From positions 1 to 7,228 of the forward strand of contig NW_021828938.1 of assembly GCF_006345805.1 (NCBI RefSeq): DNA of 7,228 bases, read 5' to 3'. Shown piece after piece: positions 7,222 to 7,228 of this stretch. Origin of the DNA: Octopus sinensis (taxonomy: Eukaryota). The notes beneath the pieces were generated by a model that did not search any database, was not told the DNA's origin, and saw only the letters and a list, made by a program, of their open reading frames with translations. Positions within the stretch are counted from its first letter, which is position 1, and each line of letters starts with the position of its first letter. The translations under genes and the position numbers were made by a program.

Positions 7222-7228
7222 TATATAT

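Overview
Eukaryotic repeat-rich DNA with no host gene; a recognisable SINE fragment suggests an octopus host. The window holds two copies of one APE-type non-LTR retrotransposon (LINE; CR1-like by motifs, exact clade not resolved). (1) A near full-length + strand copy runs from ~2580 (possibly ~2192) to 7221. It has a repeat-rich 5' UTR, a ~298-codon ORF1 with a CCCH zinc finger, an ORF2 with AP endonuclease and reverse transcriptase, two 3' hairpins and an (ATCA)5 tail. (2) A 5'-truncated - strand copy at 384-1892 matches 5697-7221. Together they form ~1.5 kb inverted repeats around a ~3.8 kb core. Every defined junction sits in (TA)n microsatellite. As written both copies are disabled, but the single-base indels cluster in the 3' region and are largely complementary between the copies, so a continuous RT C-terminal frame can be rebuilt and many lesions may be sequencing errors. 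I see no clear new prokaryote-type system. The best leads are the inverted pair, the CCCH-type ORF1, apparent (TA)n targeting, a likely SINE-partner 3' tail and an array of splice-acceptor-like repeats in the 5' UTR.
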